NCBI GenBank assembly: GCA_031316235.1
Contig: JALDRA010000001.1
Location: 2,850,001-2,882,000 of the forward strand
Direction of reading: 5' to 3'
Length of the DNA stretch: 32,000 nt
Source: Candidatus Scalindua sp.
Lineage (GTDB): Bacteria > Planctomycetota > Brocadiia > Brocadiales > Scalinduaceae
Shown: piece after piece, positions 17,933 through 24,108 of the stretch
How positions within the stretch are numbered: the first letter of the stretch is position 1
How the letters are laid out: every line of letters begins with the position of its first letter
Made by a program: the position numbers and the translations under genes
Notes under the pieces: model-generated
Seen by the model: the letters and a program-made list of their open reading frames with translations, nothing else
What the model was told of the DNA's origin: nothing
Database searches by the model: none

Positions 17933-18046
17933 TATACTCATCTCATAATGGTTTTCGGATAAAATCCGAGAAAAAACTGAGCGAGTATACCTTCACCAAG
18001 ATCTGGTTTCCGGTAAAACCGAAAACCAGATCTTGGTGAAGGTATA
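17933..18046 (-). repeat. Bipartite palindromic element, copy 3 (inverted orientation; module A symmetrised into a 28-bp-arm palindrome)
   Basis: Module B (rc) occupies 17933-17989. Positions 17986-18046 read TATACCTTCACCAAGATCTGGTTTCCGG-TAAAA-CCGAAAACCAGATCTTGGTGAAGGTATA. The arms are complementary at 27 of 28 positions. Confidence 0.9.
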
Positions 18047-18078
18047 TAAAAAACAGTATGTAACTTTTATTTGTTTCC

Positions 18079-18831
18079 ATGAATAGTAAATTACGAATTA
18101 CTGGTATGATTTCTTTTGGCTTGTTTCAGTTTTTTTCGTCTTCATATCTCTTTGGTGAATTTGAGACGAAGAAGAGTGATCAATCTCAGGCGGAGAATGA
18201 AAGCGCTCTGGAAGAAAAATATAGTGAAGAAGAGCTGGAGATAGAGAAGATGGCGAATAGGCTGAAAGAGGAGAAAAAAGAATTAGAAAAGCTCAAGATT
18301 AAGTTTGATAAGGTAAGTAAAAAGGGTAAGCAGAGGAATAGGTCTGAGGGTGAAGCCGGAAAAGATTTCAAGGATGAATCAATGAGTATTGCTGGAGAAA
18401 ATATACCGAGAGATCAGCTAATTTCTCTCTTCGGTCACCGTGAAGAAGAAAAGGTCCCCGATAAAGCTGATCGGAATATGGTTGTTGGAGAAAATAAAAA
18501 AGAAAAAATTATCATAAAGGATAAAGACAAAATCGTACAACCTTTCGAAATCGCCGAAAACCTTTATAAAATGGAAGAGTATCAGTTGTCCCTGGATATT
18601 TATAAATTAATAAAGGTAGAAGAGGCAGAGGAGAACGGATCCTGGATAAAATATCAGATTGCGAATTGTTATAGAAATTTAAAACAATTTGATAAGGCGG
18701 TGGAAATGTACAAAGAGGTCGACAAAGAGTTTGAAGGTTCATATTGGGCGAAACAGTCGCAATGGTATATACAGGATATAGAGTGGCGTAAAGAGATAGA
18801 TGGTAAAATAAAAGCGGTTGTTGAAAAATGA
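18079..18831 (+). CDS. Exported coiled-coil (Lys/Glu-rich) protein with a C-terminal TPR-like motif
   Basis: Signal-like N-terminus (ITGMISFGLFQFFSSSYLFG). EEKYSEEELEIEKMANRLKEEKKELEKLKIKFDK coiled coil. The C-terminus NLYKMEEYQLSLDIYKLI...IANCYRNLKQFDKAVEMYKEV is TPR-like. Its stop overlaps the next ATG (ATGA). Confidence 0.75.
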   Translation: MNSKLRITGMISFGLFQFFSSSYLFGEFETKKSDQSQAENESALEEKYSEEELEIEKMANRLKEEKKELEKLKIKFDKVSKKGKQRNRSEGEAGKDFKDESMSIAGENIPRDQLISLFGHREEEKVPDKADRNMVVGENKKEKIIIKDKDKIVQPFEIAENLYKMEEYQLSLDIYKLIKVEEAEENGSWIKYQIANCYRNLKQFDKAVEMYKEVDKEFEGSYWAKQSQWYIQDIEWRKEIDGKIKAVVEK

Positions 18832-20093
18832 AAAATGTAAATTCTCAAATCGTGAGGAATAAAAAACAGAATAAGATGTCAGATCTTTCAGTAATATTCG
18901 ACAGCTTCAATTCTAATGCGTTGAAGTTGGAGGCATCTTATAAGCAGCTTCAGGGCAGGATAAGAGAAATAGATCGTGAGATGGCTCAAGCAAATGAATG
19001 TCTCAATAAGAAAGTTCAGGAGTTGAATAAATTAACCAGATACCTCAACAGTGTACTTGAAAGTATGTACTGTGGTGTTGTAGCCATAGATATGGATGGT
19101 AGAATTGAAACTTTTAACAAGTCTGCAGAGAAAATTCTACAGGTGAAAGCGAGTAACGTTTTAGGTAAAAGTATTCAAAACGCCTTAGCTCAAACCAATG
19201 GTTTCAACGATCTGCTGCTCAAATCCCTGTCAACGAAAAAAAATGTATTTAATCAGAAAAGAGTCATAGCGTTAAAAGATGGAAACTCAAGATATTTAGA
19301 GAGTAGTGTCACAATCCTGCAGGACAAGTATGGTATTGTTACCGGCCTTGTGGAAATATTTCAGGATTTATCTGAGATTCGCGAATTGAAGGGGCGTTTG
19401 TACAGTGTTAACGATCTCATTTCAGTCGGTACGATGGCTGCAAGTATTGCACATGAAATAAGAAATCCGCTGAATGGTATTGCAGGCTTTGCCTGCTTAC
19501 TACAAAAAGAGTTGAAGGGGAAAAATCTCAAACTTGTAGATTATATTATCCTGGGTACAAAAAACATTAACAAGATCGTGTCAGATCTGTTGCTCCTTGC
19601 CCGGCCAATTACATTAAACTTGAGAAGCTGTCTGCTGTCAGATGTTTTAGATAGAAGTCTGGTTCTTGTATCACAAGAGTCAAGGAAAAGAGAAGATAAA
19701 AATATTCAAATCAAGAAAAAATACATGCTTAGAAACAACAATATTGTCTGTGATCCCGAACGTTTGCAGCAAGCATTTCTCAACATAATTCTTAATGCTA
19801 TTCAAGCAATGCATGAAGGTGGAGAGCTCACGGTATTTACTCAGGAATTATCAGAGGATGGTTTTTGTGGAGTACAGATTGGCTTTTCAGATACGGGTGA
19901 AGGTATCAGTAATGATTCTATGAAAAATGTATTCGAACCATTTTTTACTACGAAGACCGATGGAACAGGTCTTGGTTTAATGGTAGTTCGCAAGATTATC
20001 GAACTCCATGGAGGTGAAATTTCTATTGAGAGTGAAAAGGAAAAAGGTTCTACCATATTGCTGACATTACCCGAAATCCCAAATGAAATGTAA
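18828..20093 (+). CDS. Cytoplasmic PAS sensor histidine kinase (FlrB/FleS-like)
   Basis: No TM segment. PAS (LESMYCGVVAIDMDGRIETFNKSAEKIL). H-box AHEIRNPLNGIAGF. N box LNIILNAIQAM. G1 FSDTGEGI. G2 GTGLGLMVVRKIIELHGG. Confidence 0.93.
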   Translation: MKNVNSQIVRNKKQNKMSDLSVIFDSFNSNALKLEASYKQLQGRIREIDREMAQANECLNKKVQELNKLTRYLNSVLESMYCGVVAIDMDGRIETFNKSAEKILQVKASNVLGKSIQNALAQTNGFNDLLLKSLSTKKNVFNQKRVIALKDGNSRYLESSVTILQDKYGIVTGLVEIFQDLSEIRELKGRLYSVNDLISVGTMAASIAHEIRNPLNGIAGFACLLQKELKGKNLKLVDYIILGTKNINKIVSDLLLLARPITLNLRSCLLSDVLDRSLVLVSQESRKREDKNIQIKKKYMLRNNNIVCDPERLQQAFLNIILNAIQAMHEGGELTVFTQELSEDGFCGVQIGFSDTGEGISNDSMKNVFEPFFTTKTDGTGLGLMVVRKIIELHGGEISIESEKEKGSTILLTLPEIPNEM

Positions 20094-20120
20094 AAGGATG
20101 TCTATGGGGAACAGATTAAG

Positions 20121-20232
20121 TATACTCATCAGATAATAGTTTTCGGATAAAATCCGAGATAAAATTGAGCGAGTATACCTTCACCAAGATTTTGTTTCCG
20201 GTAAAACCGAAAACAAAATCAGTTTTAGTATA
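20121..20232 (-). repeat. Bipartite palindromic element, copy 4 (inverted orientation) between the histidine kinase and its presumed response regulator
   Basis: TATACTCATCAGATAATAGTTTTCGGATAAAATCCGAGATAAAATTGAGCGAGTATA + CCTTCACCAAGATTTTGTTTCCGGTAAAACCGAAAACAAAATCAGTTTTAGTATA. The stem is GATTTTG/CAAAATC instead of GATCTGG/CCAGATC. Confidence 0.9.
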
Positions 20233-20346
20233 TTCCGGAAGTATTTTATCTCGATTTACTGTTCATATTTGAATTCACACTTTGAGTTCTGGTTACCAGG
20301 GGATTGAAATGGATGATGGGAATTTTTATTGCTGGAGGAAAAACAA

Positions 20347-21771
20347 TTGAGGATTGAAAAAATTCTGATAGTAGATGATGATGATTTAAGCAGAAGCTAT
20401 ATAAGTGAGGTTCTGGTGAGGAATGGTTATACGGTAGAAAATGCTGATGACGGCCATAAGGCCATATCCATGATTACTAATACCAGTTATGACATAATTT
20501 TTCTCGATCTGAAGATGCCTGGACTGAGTGGATTGGATGTCCTGAAAAAGATTAAAATGAACAGCAAGGAAGAAACTATTGTTGTCATGATGACAGCATA
20601 TGGCAGCATTGAATCAGCTGTTGAGGCGATGAGAATCGGTGCTTATGATTATGTTATAAAACCATTTTCACTTGATCAGATTGAATTGCTCTTAAAGAGA
20701 GTTCAGGAACGTCAGGATTTGATAGATGAAAACAAGTATTGGCGATCAAGGGTTGATGGCAATGAGGTTCTTTATAAAACGGTAATGAATGAAAGTTCCA
20801 AGATGTATAAGATCTATCAAAATGTAAAGAAGATAGCTCAAAGTAAGGCTAGTGTACTTATTCAGGGTGAAAGTGGAACGGGGAAAGAGTTGATAGCACA
20901 AGCCATTTATTTACAAAGCAACAGATGTAAAGGGCCATTTATAAAGGTTAATTGTGCAGCCTTGTCTGAAAGCCTGCTTGAGAGTGAATTGTTCGGGCAT
21001 GAAAGAGGATCTTTTACAGGGGCTGATGCAAAGAGACTCGGCCGTTTTGAGCTTGCTAACAATGGTACTTTGTTACTTGATGAGATTAGTGAAATCTCTC
21101 AAAAAATTCAATCGAAGCTGTTAAGGGTTTTGGAGGAAGAAGAGTTCGAGAGGGTTGGTGGATCCAAGACTATCAAAGTTGATGTTAGGATTATTGCAAC
21201 GACAAATAGAAATATTCCGCTCGAAATTGAAGAAAACAAGTTTCGTCAGGATCTTTACTTCCGATTAAACGTTATTCCCATTATGATGCCTCCCTTACGG
21301 GAACGAAAAGTGGACATACCGGCACTCGTTGATTATTTTTTAAAAAAATACACTTGTGGTTCAAATGCTTCCGTAAAAGGGATTAGCGATGAGGCAAAAG
21401 ATTTGTTAATCAATTACTATTGGCCGGGTAACGTGAGAGAACTTAAGAATCTGATACACAGATGCGTTGTTATGGTAGATTCGGATATGTTACTTCCTGA
21501 ACATTTTAAAAATATGCTGAATGTTAATTGTGTTCCGAAAGAAAAAGATTTTATATCCGGAAAAACCATTGAAGATCTGGAACGAGTCTTAATTTATAAA
21601 ACACTGAAAGAAACGAATGGTAATAAGACCAAGGCGGCGGAAATACTGGATATAACACCACGGACCCTAAGAAATAAATTAAACAAATATAAGAGTGACA
21701 ATTATCATGGAGTAATTGATGAAGATGTTAATAAGGATGATCCTGTCATCGAGGAAAGTTTTTCCTTCTAG
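20347..21771 (+). CDS. Sigma54-dependent response regulator (NtrC family; FlrC/FleR-like)
   Basis: REC DIIFLDLKMPGLSG. Walker A GESGTGKE. ERGSFTGAD (GAFTGA variant). WPGNVRELKN. HTH KTKAAEILDITPRTLRNKLNKY. Start taken at TTG 20347, 7 nt after GGAGGA; the ORF-track TTG at 20329 is in frame and possible. Confidence 0.93.
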   Translation: MRIEKILIVDDDDLSRSYISEVLVRNGYTVENADDGHKAISMITNTSYDIIFLDLKMPGLSGLDVLKKIKMNSKEETIVVMMTAYGSIESAVEAMRIGAYDYVIKPFSLDQIELLLKRVQERQDLIDENKYWRSRVDGNEVLYKTVMNESSKMYKIYQNVKKIAQSKASVLIQGESGTGKELIAQAIYLQSNRCKGPFIKVNCAALSESLLESELFGHERGSFTGADAKRLGRFELANNGTLLLDEISEISQKIQSKLLRVLEEEEFERVGGSKTIKVDVRIIATTNRNIPLEIEENKFRQDLYFRLNVIPIMMPPLRERKVDIPALVDYFLKKYTCGSNASVKGISDEAKDLLINYYWPGNVRELKNLIHRCVVMVDSDMLLPEHFKNMLNVNCVPKEKDFISGKTIEDLERVLIYKTLKETNGNKTKAAEILDITPRTLRNKLNKYKSDNYHGVIDEDVNKDDPVIEESFSF

Positions 21772-21884
21772 GAGTGAATATTTTTCCCCATGCTGGTTTT
21801 CAGCTGGAGCCTGACCATTCAGAATATTTTATAAGAAGTGTTGTGATAAGGAAATAGTACAAATTATTAGAATTGTTCGTGTGC

Positions 21885-21899
21885 TGGTACTTGAGTTGC
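21885..21899 (+). promoter_or_regulatory. Candidate sigma54 promoter upstream of flgB
   Basis: TGGTAC-TTGAG-TTGCG with exact spacing. Caveat: the predicted start site (~21911) lies only ~2 nt before the flgB ATG. Confidence 0.35.
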
Positions 21900-21912
21900 G
21901 TACTTGAAAGTC

Positions 21913-22272
21913 ATGATTACATTCGATAAAAATACAGAGCTCCTCTCAAAGTTATTGGATTTAACTTCGACAAAAAGCAAGGTAATAGCGAACAATATTG
22001 CAAACGTGAATACCCCTGGCTATCAAAAATTGGAAGTTACGTTTGAAAAAGAACTGCAGGATGCTATTGCACAGGGGAGCATTGAGAATATTAAGAGTCT
22101 GAAAGAGAAGATTGAACTTTCTCACGATGCAGGTAACGGAAAAGATGGAAATAGTGTAGATATCGATAAAGAGATGATAGATTTTTTCAAAAGTTCTGAT
22201 AAACACAATATGTATCTCGATATTCTGGTAAAGAAATTCAAGAATCTAATTTATGCTATCGAATCTAAGTAG
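21913..22272 (+). CDS. flgB: Flagellar proximal rod protein FlgB
   Basis: KSKVIANNIANVNTPGYQKLEV rod-protein N-terminal signature. About 120 aa. Followed by flgC. ATG 21913 preferred over the ORF-track TTG at 21904. Confidence 0.9.
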   Translation: MITFDKNTELLSKLLDLTSTKSKVIANNIANVNTPGYQKLEVTFEKELQDAIAQGSIENIKSLKEKIELSHDAGNGKDGNSVDIDKEMIDFFKSSDKHNMYLDILVKKFKNLIYAIESK

Positions 22273-22302
22273 GAAATTCCATAAATAAAGGAGAAAGAAA
22301 AT

Positions 22303-22746
22303 ATGTCTGTATTTGGAAAATCATTTTCAGTATTGGATATTAGTGCATCAGGTCTTACGGCGGAAAGGGCGAGAATGCGCGTTATTGCAAATAATATTGC
22401 AAATGCTCAGGTTACCGAAACAGCAACAGGAGGTCCCTATAAGAGACAGCAGGTTGAATTTGAAAGTATTCTCAAACAATCGATGTTGAGCCGATTCTCA
22501 AAAGCTGCTGAAACGGGTGGTGTAAAAGTAAAGGGGATTATGGAGAGCAATGATTTACCTAATATGGTCTATATACCAGGACACCCAAAAGCAAACAAAG
22601 AAGGTTATGTGGAAATGCCAAATGTAAGTGTCTCAAAAGAGATGGTAGACCTTATTGCGGCATCAAGGTCTTATGAGGCAAATACCGCAGTTGTTACTAC
22701 CTACAGGAAAATGAACGAGAGGGCACTCAACATTATAAGGAGGTAA
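22303..22746 (+). CDS. flgC: Flagellar proximal rod protein FlgC
   Basis: LDISASGLTAERARMRVIANNIANAQVT...YVEMPNVSVSKEMVDLIAASRSYEANTAVV. AAGGAG RBS. Confidence 0.95.
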   Translation: MSVFGKSFSVLDISASGLTAERARMRVIANNIANAQVTETATGGPYKRQQVEFESILKQSMLSRFSKAAETGGVKVKGIMESNDLPNMVYIPGHPKANKEGYVEMPNVSVSKEMVDLIAASRSYEANTAVVTTYRKMNERALNIIRR

Positions 22747-22751
22747 CAGGT

Positions 22752-23051
22752 ATGGATTTGTCTACAGTAAATGCTATTACGAATAAGAATATTGAGAAAA
22801 ATTTCACAAAGAAAATTGCACAGGAGAGTGGAACAAATTTTAAAGGAACCCTGGGAAGTGTTGTTAATGAAGTAAATGATCTTCAGATTAAGGCAGGAGA
22901 ATCAATTGAAAATTTTGCAAGTGGTAAGATTGACAATGTCCATGAGGTTATGATTGCCATGACAAAAGCCGAAGTTAGTTTCAAATTTATGATGGAAACA
23001 CGGAATAAACTTGTGAGTGCGTATAAAGAGATAATGCAAATGCAGGTATAA
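22752..23051 (+). CDS. fliE: Flagellar hook-basal body protein FliE
   Basis: 99 aa. C-terminus VHEVMIAMTKAEVSFKFMMETRNKLVSAYKEIMQMQV is typical of FliE. AGGAGG RBS. Position is after flgC. Confidence 0.9.
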   Translation: MDLSTVNAITNKNIEKNFTKKIAQESGTNFKGTLGSVVNEVNDLQIKAGESIENFASGKIDNVHEVMIAMTKAEVSFKFMMETRNKLVSAYKEIMQMQV

Positions 23052-23452
23052 TCTTTTGTATCACCATATCAAAATGTGAACAACCGTTCATTGCCCGAGA
23101 GTGAAATCGCGGAGCATCTTTCGTCTTTGTTTTAGAAGTAACATGTTATTACAAAATAGTTCAAGCGAGAGACAGCTTTAAAGTGCAGTGTTTAAACAGC
23201 CGTTGTGGATCAATCTCAATGATTACGTTCCGGTACGGAACAGTCAATTTACTCGTCATTTCATTCACCGTATACAAAATTACTAGGCAGCAAGGAACAA
23301 ATGGCTTGAAATTCTATCCTGTTCCGGAAAGAATTCTTCATGCGTGTCCAGCCGGTAACCCTTACCAGACTTCAACATGCAGGCTGGCTGAATTGGGATT
23401 GCAGGCGGCATTACCCGGGGAGGACACTTCCGAACGGTTTCCTACAGGTAGG

Positions 23453-23590
23453 TATACTAAAACTATTTGGTTTTCGGTTTTACCGGAAACCAAATCTTGG
23501 TGAAGGTATCTCCGGACAAAAAGCGTCGAGGACTTTACACGCTCAAATTTATCTCGGATTTTATCCGAAAACCATTATGAGATGAGTATA
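23453..23590 (+). repeat. Bipartite palindromic element, copy 5 (138 bp; ~27-nt extra segment between modules)
   Basis: TATACTAAAACTATTTGGTTTTCGGTTTTACCGGAAACCAAATCTTGGTGAAGGTAT + CTCCGGACAAAAAGCGTCGAGGACTTTA + CACGCTCAAATTTATCTCGGATTTTATCCGAAAACCATTATGAGATGAGTATA. Confidence 0.9.
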
Positions 23591-23747
23591 TCTCGTTATC
23601 AGATCATCTTCGACTGCTCTTCACTCACCGGATCCGTTGTCCAACTCAGATTACTCCTGCAGTATAACTCGATCAGGTTGACCAGTCCAGACCTGAAACT
23701 GAGTGTGATAGCATGCCAAAATTTCTAGTCCTGAACCCTGAATAAGA

Positions 23748-23859
23748 TATACTAAAACCGATCTGGTTTTCGGTCTTTCTGAAAACCAAATCTTGGTTAA
23801 GGTATACTCGCTGCATTTTATCTCGGATTTTAACCGAAAACCATTATGAAATGAGTATA
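23748..23859 (+). repeat. Bipartite palindromic element, copy 6 (112 bp, slightly degenerate stem)
   Basis: TATACTAAAACCGATCTGGTTTTCGGTCTTTCTGAAAACCAAATCTTGGTTAAGGTATA + CTCGCTGCATTTTATCTCGGATTTTAACCGAAAACCATTATGAAATGAGTATA. Confidence 0.9.
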
Positions 23860-24039
23860 TTACATGAGACAGTAATGCTGGAGAATATCGATGTATAAAA
23901 TATGCACGCCAGGTCTAAAAAGACTACTAAAGTAAAGCGGTATCGTATCCACAAATGGTTTAAAGATTTATCTATGGAGAGATACGGCATAAGCTCTTAC
24001 TTCGAGCAGCTGAGTATTAAAGCAGCAAATAAGGATGTG

Positions 24040-24055
24040 TGGTATATTATTTGCA
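24040..24055 (+). promoter_or_regulatory. Candidate sigma54 promoter for the fliF operon
   Basis: TGGTAT-ATTAT-TTGCA with exact GG-N10-GC spacing and a full -12 TTGCA. Predicted start is ~24066, 43 nt before the fliF ATG, which has a GGAG RBS. Confidence 0.5.
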
Positions 24056-24108
24056 ATTTTATGATATGCATTTTTCTATTTGATTAATTTGTCTATGGAG
24101 CACCGAAC

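Noticed and set aside
23183-23585. Plus-strand ORFs 23183..23503 (106 aa) and 23340..23585 (81 aa) in the fliE-fliF spacer
   Set aside because: Both read through repeat copy 5, which is non-coding at its five other sites. They overlap each other in different frames, lack an RBS and have no recognisable protein motifs.
8679-23859. Could the recurring ~112-bp sequence be a CRISPR array or CRISPR remnants?
   Set aside because: Copies are separated by 0.15-5 kb of ordinary genes rather than by 25-50-bp spacers. They occur in both orientations, are much longer than CRISPR repeats, and no cas genes or leader are present.
23902-24087. 61-aa ORF just upstream of fliF
   Set aside because: It overlaps the candidate fliF promoter, has no RBS, has a hydrophobic low-complexity tail, and has no recognisable motif.
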